Below are positions 39,431-51,451 of a DNA stretch of 64,000 nt, one piece after another. The notes beneath the pieces were generated by a model. That model saw nothing but the letters and a program-made list of their open reading frames with translations. It was not told where the DNA came from and searched no databases. How positions within the stretch are numbered: the first letter of the stretch is position 1; every line of letters begins with the position of its first letter. The translations under genes were made by a program, and so were the position numbers. Origin of the DNA: Takakia lepidozioides (taxonomy: Eukaryota; Plantae; Bryophyta); the NCBI GenBank assembly GCA_030704615.1, contig CM060733.1:46748001-46812000 (forward strand). Direction: 5' to 3'.

Positions 39431-41469
39431 GCCGCTCTGTGTCGCTGGAGGAGGGGCAGGGAGCAGAGGGAGGGGGCAGTGGGAGACGAGTAGAGACAAG
39501 CCCAAGAGTGTGCAGTGCAGCAAGTTGGAGGGTTTAAGTAGGGGGGGGTCTAGGGTTCCTGATGCTCCAAGCCTCCATGCTATGCTGCATGGCACATGGG
39601 TATGCATGTCTATACAGGCTGGTTTGTGATTAAGGGAGATGAGGTTCAGGGTTCAAATTACAGAGTGGGTGACGGTGTTACAAGGATTGATGGTGCCTTT
39701 TTCTGGGGCTGATAATGTTGGAAAGGCACGGTGGAAGAGCATCAAATCCCACTGTTCTCATATTTTAAGCTCTCGCATTTCTTTGTTTTGAGTTCCATTT
39801 TGGCTCTTAACTTCCAGAGTAATTGAATTAATACAGCACAGACCAAGGGAGGCAAAGAGTAAACAAGACCTGCCTGCATTTCAGGTGTTATAGTGGATTG
39901 GTTATGGAGGATGTAGTACTCATTAAACTTCGGTTGGTGGTTGTGGAAGAGAGACAGTTATACTCTGCGATCTTGGCCTCTTTCTGTGCATAGGAGGAGT
40001 TAAAAAAAAGTATGGGCTTTTGATCTGTCAGAAAGGGGGATAAGAGAGAGAGGTGAGAAGCTTGCCTGTTGCAACATAGAAAGCTGCAGACTGGAAGAAG
40101 GCAGACAATCCCTGTGGGCTGGTCCATCATAGGCCTTATCGATGCGTCCACAACAGCGGCTGATCTTCAATTCTGCTGGGAAGGGTAACGTTTTGCAGTT
40201 TACCTCGAAGCCACCAGCGGATTATGAGGACTCGATGCTGGATAAGCCTGACATATATCGGAATTCCATACATTTCCTGATGCTTATATTTATTTGTATG
40301 GGGAATGAGTCAATTGAGCAATAAGCTATATCTCTAGCTGATGGTCCCACTATTCCAACACTGAAACCGGAGCCTTCAGAAGAGCACCCAAATTCTGAGG
40401 TCTGTCTAGTTAGCTCTCACATGTATGTTGTGTCCAAAGTTTCCTGCTACTCCAACATTCCCAACTACTCTTAAGCACATTGGGCAGCTGCTCATGAAAT
40501 ATAACCTAGTATGCTTGTAAACTAGAGGACTCGGGTGACTTGCAACCCATATGAATGACAATAAGATCTGGCCTGATCTAAACCTCAACTTTGGTAACCT
40601 CCAAGATAATTTGTCCAACGAGTAGCACGGTAAGAGCACCAGTTGTGTCTCACCCCAGCATATGATCTTCAATAACAAGGAGCTCCGTTGCAACACCTCA
40701 TCACGTACAATGCTGGCTGTCAAAGGCAGATTGGAATCTCAGACTTGCCACCGCTGTCTGAAATCAAACATGGCCTATGAGATCCAGGCTCCAGCTCCTG
40801 AACGCTCCACTCTACAAAATGTAATACCTTCATTCACCGTTGCTTGCTTGTCAAAGGACTTCAGTCTCTGGAACACAAAAAGTTGAGGCACTTCCAAGCA
40901 TTTGAACCTATGTATGGTTCTGTAGGGAAGCTTGGTCACATGTTGTGCTCACTGGATTTCAATCCAACTGATGAACAATTGTACATAGGATTCTGGAAGC
41001 ACTGAAGTGCAAGTTCAAGCTGGACTTGTGTGTCACTTCCTACAGTTGCAAAACGTTGTCCCGTGATTTGTACTGGGGCCTGGATGTATGATCGTCTATG
41101 TATCTGTCCAGTAAACTGATTGTTTGGTAGACCTCTGCATATACAACCAACATAATCCAACACTTGAAAGGGCAATCCCACACATCACAAGTACCAAATA
41201 TATGGCGAATCCTGACCCCTCAAGATTCACCCAAATCTCTCTTGGAGATGACATAGGGAAGTGATTGAACCGCACAATTTTCAAATTTGATGAAGCAAAA
41301 TCCTGTCCCGTCCACGTTGAGCTGAAGAGCACATCAACTACCAACCTGCGAATGCAAGGTTTAATCACTGCCCGGTTCAGCAGCAGCTTAGATGGGGTCG
41401 GCATTTGATGTTACGAGAAGGATATTAACAGGTTTCAGACATCACCCTTGGCAGGGAACGTAACTGTCA

Positions 41470-43846
41470 CTACCATAAAATGCCCATGTGGACCAGCACC
41501 TCAAGTTCGGATTTGAGTTTCAAATACTTCACCTCACGTGCTGCTTTCAGAGCTGGCTGCCAAACTGGAAACTCTTCAAAACACTCGCTCCAAAATGTCT
41601 GAAGTTTGTTGAAGCTCTTGCGACCCAGCCCTCCTAACACTTTGTAATGCTTCTTGTATCTTAATGCAAAAATAGTGTGGATAAGTGCTTCAAGATCATC
41701 CGCCTTGTCAGCCATGACTTCGTTATCACCACCCTGCAACTGTTCTAATATCCTCTCCGATGCATACACCACTCCTCCACTGAATGAATCAGATGTGCTT
41801 GTTGGAACAGCATAACCCCAATCCAAGATGTAAAGCATCTCAGACTCCTTCCCTTCAAACTCCCCTTTGGCAATCATAATGTTGTCTGGTTGCACATCAC
41901 AGTTGATGATGCCGCGAGCATGCGCCTCATGAAGGACATCCACAAGCCCCGGCACCATAGATGACCACCTTTCCCTTGACTCATATCCTACCTTTTGTCC
42001 TACTGGATAGAGTTTCAGAGACACGCAATCATCAAACCATCCTAACATCTTAGGCACTCCCTTGACACCTCGCAACTTACTCAACATATAGTGATCATTG
42101 TTCAAGGGCTTTGTAGGGAAAGGAACTTTGGCAGCATACTCTCTATCATTCTCATCTTTGACACACAGAACGTTACTTGTAGCTCCAGACCCCAGAAAGT
42201 TGATTGTGTCATACTCGACTCCAGACATTGCTAACACTGGGAGCTCCATCCAAAGGTCGCTTGGACTGCTCTTCAGTAGGGCACAACGCCCCACGCACAT
42301 TGTTTAACTCAGCATGTAACTCATATGTGAACCTGTTTTTATCCTTTCTGATGACCTTGACCCATTGCACCTTCTTCAGATCTGTGACTCCTACCAGTAC
42401 AGAGGACCTGAAGCCTCCTAAGCTCTCCAGCATCTTCTCTCCATAATGTACAACTTTTCCGAGATTTGTATCACTGTTGTACCTTGCTGTGGAAGCACCT
42501 GAGTGAAGCTCAAGTATCACCCCAAGTTGTCAAGGGAACTGGACCACCTTGGTATGATCGAGGTTGTTTATAGATAAGAACGTCTGGCTTCAAAGAAAGG
42601 CCACAAGCAGATGAAGCAAATCCTGTAAACTCTATCTTCCAGGTAAATAAACAGCGTCCCTCAGCTTCGTCAAGAGCTGTTTGAACCCCTGCTCTGGAGT
42701 CAGAGACCTGACACGGATCCAAGCATCTTCCGGCCACATAGCCTCTGCGTCGTCACCTTCCAAAGGACTCCATAAATGGAACCTCACAGTGCTCTGCTTT
42801 ACCATATGACCTTTATCTGGATAGCTCATTGAGCCCATACTAGCAGATGAGGAATTTAACACTAAGAATTCGATTTCTTTCGTCAGTACTTCCATCTTTT
42901 CTTTCACAACTCTTGTTTCCTTCCTAAGTACTTCCAACTCTTGTGTGACAACTTGTTTCATAATTGCAGCAAGAGACTCTGACACATAGCCTGATACAAT
43001 GCGGCAATACGACACACATTAGATGAGACTTATGCAAGGACTCAGCAGCAGATCTGCATAACCGAATCCAAGCCACAAGATGGCTCAGACAAGTATTACA
43101 ACCCCTTAGAGACCCAGAAGAGTTTGCTGCAGAAAACAGTAAACTACACCATTATCTCAAAACTTCACAAATACTGGAAACAATTGACCTCTATCATTCA
43201 AATAAAGCATCAAGCTAGCAAGCATGAACCATAGAGAAAGTACGACCCATGGCAAAGAAGTATCAAACAAGCACTGCTGAAACAAGCAATGCTAAGTCAC
43301 GTGCATCAAAAGAACACATTGTCAACACCAAACCCTAGATTGTGAAATGCATTTGTTTAAAAACCAAAGATCAAACCTCAAATGTGACTTTGTGCACGTA
43401 TGAGAAGGACTACCGCTCAGCTCATTTGTGTGTGTCTTTTGTTCTCATCACAAGTCACAAAATCCACACGAAGGGAAAAGAGGGAAAGGAGAGATGAAGG
43501 AGACGAATCACAATCACAAACCTCCGTCCCACAATTTCGCTCTCTCTTGTAGGAGCCTCTCTTCCTTCTGTCGGAGCCAAGATTTCTCCTCTCGGAGTGA
43601 AGATTCCTTCTGTCGGAGCAATTTTTCCATTTCCCAGAGCTCCAAGAGATACAGAGCATGGAGGGGAGGTGCAATTTGCACATGGTTGAAACTTGGGTCT
43701 TGACTCTGTCCATCTCCCTTCCTCGTTTCAAGATCGGCACTGTCTACAATCTGCTTTTCCACTCTCCTGATATCAAATTCGACTGCCCTGATCTCCTCTC
43801 CCACTCTCCTGATATCCTCTTCCACTCCTCCAAGCCCTTCTTCCAT
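41470..43846 (-). pseudogene. Crinkler/CR-effector-like gene: coiled coil + restriction-endonuclease-fold domain + Ser/Thr kinase, frameshifted
   Basis: 43514-43846 LRQKESSLREEK coiled coil; KPDVLIY...ILELH...GKVVHYGEKML...GVTDL (PD-(D/E)xK-like); kinase FLGSGATSNV, AAKV, NCDVQPDN, LDWGYA, DDLEAL; split over four frames. Confidence 0.7.
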
Positions 43847-45778
43847 TGTTGGGATGTCTCAAAATTCAAGGTGCATCACTATGCCAAAATTCCACCACTG
43901 AAAATCGACACACCAAACCAGCCCCGTTTGAAATCATGTGAGCCCACCAACAGAACGAGAGGTTCCTGATTTGTGGAGTTTGGTGCAATAACCGCTTAAA
44001 TCTCCAAATTATTTAGAATTTTTGCCGCAAGACTTTGCTCAATTACCCTTGCACAAAACAGCTTTTGCCGCCTGCAACAATGCAATAATGTAGCATGCAC
44101 AAATACAGACACATACTTGACTCCAAGTGCACAGCAAGGATTTTTTGTTTGATCAGACTGTGTACAAAGAGAAACCCAACAGAAAGAGTGGAGCGCAGGA
44201 TGTTTGAGTGGATTTTTGAAAGAACTCTCGCACCATGGTGGCTGGCAGAAGATGCGAGCAGAAGAGTGGGTACGAAAGAGTCACAAGAGGTCCGACGAGA
44301 GGAAGAAGACGCTCGGATACCTTCAAGAGCTATTACGGTTCCAAAACCGGCATTTTCAGTTAGAATATAGTACCGTAGTAGGTATGTAGATCCGACGACG
44401 ACTATCTGTGTTCTGAAATATGTAGAGATCAGACGACCACCACCTTGGTGTGGGGGCCTTGGCCATTTTATTGGACCAAGTACGTGACTCTGTATTGAAG
44501 TCGTCACTTATATAGTTTCTACGAGGTCTAAGAGTGCCATGAGATTCCAAGAAGGGAGTGCAAGGTCTGGTCATGGCGGTTTTCAGAGTTTGCATGCAGT
44601 CCAAATTGTTTCACTACAACAATAAAGTTTTCTGGATCGACTGATCTTCTGGGAGTGCAAACTTTCCAACTGCACTTGTTTTTTATTTTATTTGGGGAGG
44701 AAGCCCTGCAATTCATATTAATAAAAGAAGTCCTGGAAAAAATAACCAGGACAAAAGGCCATGAGGCTTACACCTTTGGAAAGATCAGGTAATAACCAGA
44801 TCAGCCACCGAGGGCATGCTTTAAAATCGCCCTGGCCCCTGAGAGATGAGAAAGCTTTGCTCCAGCAAGAACTGAGGAGGGCTAAAAACATCGAGCCATA
44901 AGAGAGGAAGCTTTAAATCTGAAAGGTGCAGAGAGACTAAGCATCCTGACTAAGCATCCTCGTGGCCTAATGAGGATCCAGAAGGCACCTAAGAGAGAAG
45001 GCCAGGATAACCTGAACTACCTGGAATCAGAAACTGAGGTAAAAGGACAACATTCTAATACATCCAAAGCCGCAGAGAGGACTAATAAGTGACACATCCT
45101 ACGGTGTGGGAGATTTGGAATTTCAAGTACTGTTGGTCTTTGGAAATCCGGGAAAAATAGCAGAGTGGACTTTCTTGGAGCAATGATTGGCCCTTCATGT
45201 GGGGGATTTGGAATTTCAAGTACTTTTGGTCGCTGGAAATTTGTGAAAAATAGTAAAGTGGATATATCAATGCCTCTCATTTTACAATAATTGGGACGTT
45301 ATGGCTCGACGCATAGGAACTAGTGTGATAACTAGGGTTGGGGTGTTTGCTCAAGCAATTCTAGGTTGTCATTGTCAGCTGCGGTTTTGTCGCCAATTCC
45401 ACCGGCGATGGGTCTTTCGAAGTCCGGTATGTTTTTGTCAACCCCTCCAATAAGTAACCTCACGCGATCACCCACGGTCTCTGAAGCTAGCACCTTGGGC
45501 GACGATATCCTCACTCTGAAGTCGTATTGTTTTGTTGTGTCATGGAACGCAATGATCGCAGGATATGCAGGAGCGTGGGATGGAGGCTTTGCAGACCTTC
45601 CTACTCTTGAGCAAATGATGCAGGAAGGAGAAGAGGAGGAGGAGAGGAGACGAGGAGAAGATCCCAACATTCTTGTGAGCTCGTTGTTTTTGGGAGAGAG
45701 ACGAGACGAGGAGACACTCGCCGTTCTTGGGAGAGTCAGCTTGGTCTTAGCAGGCCGTGTTTCAATCTCTGCCTGCAC

Positions 45779-47195
45779 ATGTATGTCAAATGTGGGTGCA
45801 TCAAGGATGCAAAGGGAGTGTTCAACACTATGGCTGAACGAGATGTGGTGTCATGGAGTGCGATGTTTGCAGGGTATGCACAACAGGGGCGTGGGATGGA
45901 GGCTTTGGAGACCTATGAGCAAATTATGAGGGAAGGGATACTAAAGCCCGACCACATAACGTGTGTATATGTTTGCAATGCGTGTGCAAGCCTGGCAGCC
46001 CTGGAAAAGGGCAAAAGGTCCATGGTTGCATCGTCAAAGCTGCAAATGTACCAGATGTCATTTTGAACACTCCCCTAGTGGACAATATATATGCCAAATG
46101 TAGGTGTAGCAAGGATGCAAAGGGAGTGTTCAACAACATGGCTGAACAAGATATGGTGTCTTGGAGTACCATGATGACCACCTTCCCCGGTGAGTCTCTC
46201 TCTCTCTCTCTCTCTCTCTCCTCCTCTGATGCCCTCACACTGTCTAGTGGAAATACTGTTAGGCATTAAACCTCCCTAAACTTGTTATGAATATATGATT
46301 GGGCAAGGACCTTAAGGACTATCTCAATGGCCTACCTGCCCTCGTCACTAGACTGAAATTTAAACTCGGGGTGGGACAACTACAAGTGCATCCACGAGCT
46401 ACCACATTTAACATACATGTTGACAAGGGTGTTGTGTAGAAAAGCATTTAATGCCTTCAATCCACTTAATATAATGTGAGCATATCCACCTGATTTTCAG
46501 TTTGCAGGCCTTTCAGCTTGATGCTCTTATGCTTGAGACAGGGGACATAGGTATCTGAATATGCTGAAATTATGCATAGCTGGTTGAAGTTTGTAGAGCC
46601 TCTTTCAGTTGCAGGATGGGGAAGGCAGGGGGCAAGGAGGCAGGGGAAAAATAGAATACTGTTTAGTATGACTCTTGGAGCCATTCCAGCTTAAAATGTG
46701 ATGATGTCTCCATTGGGGCATGGACCTCTTGGTCGTTTACAAGGGACTTGGTAGGGTCAGCATGATCATAGGAGTGTATGAAGGCTGACAGCCCTGGAAT
46801 TTTATAACCAGATGTCATTCTGAACATCCCCTAATTCTGGACAAATATGCCAATGTCAAGGGAGTGTTCAACACTATGGCTAAACGAGATGTGGTGTCGT
46901 GGAGTGCGATGCTTGCAGGGTATGCACAGCAGGGGTGCGGGATGGAGGCTTTGGATACCTATGAGCCAATGATGGGGGAAGGGGTGAAGCTCGACCACAT
47001 CATTTTAGTGTGTGTTTGCAGTGCGTGTACAAGCCTGGCAGCCCTGGAAAAGGGCAAAGAGGTGCATGGTTGCATCACCAAAGCTGGAATTGTACCATAT
47101 GTGATTCTGAACAATACCTCGTGGACATGTATGCCAAATGTGGGAGCATTGAGGATGAGGAGGGAGCCTTCAACACTATGGCTGAACGAGATCGT
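45779..47195 (+). pseudogene. PLS-class PPR fragments
   Basis: MYVKCGCIKDAKGVFNTMAERDVVSWSAM.AGYAQQG.GMEAL; HITxVCVCNACASLAALEKGK; frameshifts. Confidence 0.92.
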
Positions 47196-47760
47196 GTGAT
47201 AAGTTGAGTTAGTTGTTTCCTAGAACAAATATAGGTTGTCATTGTCAGCTGCTAGCAGCAAGGTAAGGATTTATGCATGATTTGTGCAGAGGCATGGATA
47301 GGTGAGGGAGCAGGGATAGAGTGTGGGTCCAGATTCATGTAAGAGGGCCAGATTTCAAGCTCCAGATTACCTATGATTCCCTGTGTCGAAGGATAGCTAC
47401 AAGAAACGTGCATGGGTAGATGGTCAACTGGAATTTGCCGTAGCAGTGGCTCAATTGATAAATCAGGCACTAGTAACGAAGACGCCTTCTTCAATAGCAC
47501 AGCGGCTACAAGTGGGTAGATGGTCTACTAGAAACAGCCGCAGCAGCACAATTGATAGAACAAGACACTAATAATGAAGGTACCTTCTTCAACATATTCC
47601 ACCTTGTTTTCCCCTGCTATCAGAGTCGTCCCTATATTTTCATGTTGAATTCTGCAAGTTAGCTCCGCGTTGGTGGATCTCTAGTGGTTTTGGAATGATT
47701 TTGACATGTTATTGCCAATGTGGTCGACAGGAAAATATTGAAAAAACAGATAACAGAGAC

Positions 47761-48102
47761 GAGAAGAAGCTCTGTTCCAAAGAATACGTTTCCGACCCCA
47801 GTCAATGGTGGAACAATCGAGGCAAAAAAGTGAATGTTTGTTGGAAGTAGACGCAAGTCAGCAAGTATGGTAAGTAGGATTGGGGTGTTTGCTGGAACAA
47901 TTCTAGGCTGTCATTGTCAGCTGCTAGGAGCAAGGCAATGATATATACATGATTTGTGCAGAGGCATGGATAGCTGAAGGAGCAGGGATATAGTGCATGG
48001 GTCCAGATTCATCCAAGAAGGCCGGATTTCAATCTCCAGATTACCTATGATTCCTTGTGGAAGGATAGCTACAAGAAACCTGCATGGATAGATGATCAAT
48101 TG
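47761..48102 (+). other. OSB-type PDF motif in two exons (predicted intron 47830-48006)
   Basis: Spliced translation EKKLCSKEYVSDPSQWWNNRGKK|IHPRRPDFNLQITYDSLWKDSYKKPAWIDDQL; GT..CCAG, phase 0. Another second half lies at 47333-47440. Confidence 0.8.
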
Positions 48103-49055
48103 GTTGGTCTTGAGCTGAAGAGCACGACCCCTGCAGGGATGTCTCTCCATCTGTAGATCTTTTAGGAAGTGGAAGGCTAGGGCCCAGCTTTCTTATGACA
48201 TTGTTAGCTGATTTTCAGTTCTTCTCCTTAGCTCGGTGCCTTTCTGTTTCCAAATTATGGCAGTAGTTTCTGGCTGCAGTCTCTTTTCTTGCTAGACTTT
48301 TTAGCTCCATGCAGACCCCCTTCTTTGTTTGCCTTCTTTCTTACTACTCTTTCTTGTCTTGGTACGCGAAGCTGTGTCTTCCTCTTTCACCCTCTATGGC
48401 ACTCTATCCAGAGGTTATTTTTTCCTCTTTGTATCCAAGGACATTTTATGTCCATTACCTATAAAGTTCTGGAGGCCACTGTCCCCCACTGTCCCTCTTT
48501 GTTAACAAAAATAATAATAATAATAATAATAATAAAGACAACAATGGCTTATTTTCCTAGAAACCTAATGAGAATTTAAATCAATTAATAATCTAAATAT
48601 TATAATTGTATGATTTAATTTATTAAATTAAAATATTATTAAAAAACCTCTTTAGTCATGAAGTTATATACTCATGACTACATCATGGCAACGTGGCATT
48701 ATATGATACGATATTCTTTCCCACGTGTAGGTCATATATGTTGTCCATGTGGACACGTGTCACATCCGGAGTGCTACATGTGTCTCTCTGGCGCCTCTCC
48801 AATGGAGTCATACTTTGTAGACATGTAGTCATATAGTTACTCATATATAAATCATATAGTTGTGACTACATCCTCTCTACAGCATGACTCCAGGTGCCAC
48901 GCACGCAGTCACGGCTATGACTTGCAAAACGCAGTCCTAAAGACTAGTCGCCATGACAGGGCTTTTTTCACTGCAGAGTGATGTAGTCATGAACGCATAT
49001 AGGACTGAAAAAATAGTCATATGTGCAGTCATAAAAATGCTCATCTGTTGTAGTG

Positions 49056-49974
49056 GGTGCAGAGGCAGTCCTTTAGTTTGCTCGCCGATCTGCTCATGAG
49101 TCTCCTCATTCTCGGTGTGGCCTGTAGTGCGCCCACTCTCCTGAACATTGGCTGGGATAGTGTTGACAGTCTGTCCATGCTCTTTTTCTTGCAGTGGGTC
49201 AATCTGCTAATTGCGTCTTCAGCAGTCTGCTGAACGGTCTGATCATGGAGTCCTTGTAACGCCAACACAACATCTCATGCACCTCTGGCAAGGGAATCGA
49301 AAGCACACTAACGCGCTCGTCTAAATCGGACATTCCTGAAACAGATGAGTTGGACAAAGTGAGTCTGACAGCATGGAGGAAGAAAAGACCGTGAACTTCA
49401 CAACGGTCTAGAAGAAGTCGACATTACCTTCTAGGAGGTTGCCAATGAGACCAATATATGTCGAACACTACTCGCTCCATTACCGCAGCAAACCATTGCA
49501 ACGCCTCATCCACAACACTCTTCTTACCCGCATCCGAATCTAAATGAAACAAATACTTTCTCAAACTTTGCAAGTCCTTTACCAATTTACTGTATGGACG
49601 GAAATTGCCAAACTGCATCCATCGATGGTGAAAGAAAGAATTAGCAATGCGATCAAAATACTCTTCAGTAATTCCAAACAAGTGTTTTCCCTGCACCCCA
49701 AAGGTAGGATGTGTCATGGGCATATGTCTAAGTTCCTGAGGCCATGGGTCGTCTAAGAATGCTTCGACTATTTTTGCATCATACTCCTCAGGTGAGTACC
49801 AGTAGACTTGTGCACGAAATGCAACCAGTCCGCTCCACCCTTTTCACAAGCATCTTCCATGGCTGCAGAATCATACAAGAGATGCAGCGGCAATGAGCGA
49901 CTGACAGACTAAGAATAAGAAAGCAGAGAAGACCAGAAAAGAGAATGGAAAGAAACCATAGCACAAAGAAGAAA
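49056..49974 (-). pseudogene. Fragment of an unknown spliced gene, interrupted by CACTA elements on both sides
   Basis: ORF 49424-49723 extends upstream in other frames; pyrimidine tract and AG at ~49901-49970; its donor GTGAG is at 56062 beyond the insertion. Confidence 0.5.
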
Positions 49975-50809
49975 TACTACAACAGATGAGCGTTTTTATG
50001 ACTGCAAATATGACTATTTTTTCAGTCCTATATGCGTTCATGACTATATGACTCTGAAGTGAAAAAAGCGGCGTGGTAGCGACTAGTCTTTAGGACTGCG
50101 TTTTGCAAGTCATAGCCGTGATTGCGTGCGTGACACCTAGAGTCATGCAGAGGAGAGTGATGTAGTCACAACTCTATGATTTACATATGACTAACTATAT
50201 GACTACATTGTCTGTCGAGCGTTGCCTACATGGAAAGGCTTCAGTGGAACAAGTGCATCACTGCGCAAGCGACACGTCACGCATTCATGAGGGGATCATA
50301 TGACTATATGTCTGCAAAGCGATGCCTACATGGAGAGGCGCCGGATGGACACGTGCGCCACTGCGGAGTTAACACGTCATTTTTGAATTATTTTTTAATA
50401 ATGTTTTTAATTTTAGTAAATCAAATTATAAATTATAAAATTTAGATTATTAATTTATTTAAATTCTTCATTATATTTTTGGGAAAATAGAATGGAAGGC
50501 CAACGGGGCTTGTACAAGTCTTGTAAATCATATTACAAAATTCCAAATTGGACAAGCATCCCCACGGATGCCTCAAAGTCTAATGCGGAGCAAAAATTAG
50601 CAAACCGACACAAGGGCAGAAGTTTTTTAGTACTACTACAGTTCTAGTATACTACAATGAAGGACACTATATACAACTATCGAATGCAATACTCCTTACA
50701 ATTGCATTTGGCCAACAACTCCGAAACGAACTTGGTGGCAGTGTGGCAGTCACCACACACCCGAAGATTCTTCACGAGATGGAGAGACATCCCTGCAGCT
50801 CATCAACCC

Positions 50810-51445
50810 AAAACCTCGATTGTCCCACCAATATTGACTGGGGTCAGAAAAGTTCCACAGCTTCTCCTCGTCTCTGTTACCTGTTTTTGGATACTTTTTT
50901 GTTGTCACGTTGGCAATTTCATATCAAAGTCACTTCAAACTATCAAAGGTTCACTCAACCAGCTAACTTGCAGAATTCATAATGAAAATTGAGGGCCGAA
51001 TCTGATAAGAGGGAAAAACAGGGTGAAATGTGTTGAAGAATGTGCCTTGATTAACAGTGCCTGATTTGATCAATTGTGTCGCTGCTGCTGCGGCTTCCAG
51101 TTGACCATCTATCCATGCAGGTTTCTTGTACCTATCCTTCCACAACGAATCATAGGTAATCTGGAGCATGAAATCGGCCCTCTTGGATGAATCTCTATCC
51201 CTGCTCCTTTAGCTATCCATGCCTTTGCACAAATCATGCATACATCCTCGTCTTGCTGCTAGCAGCTGACAATGACAGCCTAGAATTGTTCCAGCAAACA
51301 CCCCAACCCTACTTATCACACTAGTTCATATGCTCAATTGCATCTACTACTCTTTATAATCGAACAGGCGTTCACCTTCTTGCCTCGATTGTCCCACCAT
51401 TGACTGGGTTAGAAAAGTATTCATTCCACAGCTTTTCCTCGTCAT
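50810..51445 (-). other. PDF-motif exons in the Pack-CACTA
   Basis: DEEKLWNEYFSNP/QWWDNRGKK (~51375-51443); IHPRGP/..LQITYDSLWKDRYKKPAWIDGQL (~51095-51192); DEEKLWNFSDPSQYWWDNRG (~50812-50871). Confidence 0.8.
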
Positions 51446-51451
51446 TTGCCC

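Larger units (their letters stand above)
33655..39815 (+). repeat. Copy 3 of the F-box unit; right arm of the inverted repeat
   Basis: Reverse-complement colinear with copies 1 and 2. Confidence 0.9.
45315..49055 (+). mobile_element. Partial sister Pack-CACTA (one end visible) carrying PPR and PDF-motif fragments
   Basis: Ends ...GCTCATCTGTTGTAGTG at 49055; ~500-bp terminal region is an inverted match to 49975-50490; cargo homologous to that of 49975-56053. Left boundary is uncertain. Confidence 0.7.

Noticed and set aside
38771-39493. Long S/L/P-rich ORFs (also 2896-3435, 25642-26179)
   Set aside because: Translations of the GA/TC minisatellite
40380-41400. Possible LINE remnant on the plus strand
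   Set aside because: Only faint motif resemblance; cannot be supported without a profile search
45332-45530. Literal 'PDF' tripeptide in the minus-strand ORF (KNIPDFERP)
   Set aside because: Lacks the WWDNR and LW..W parts of the motif; treated as chance
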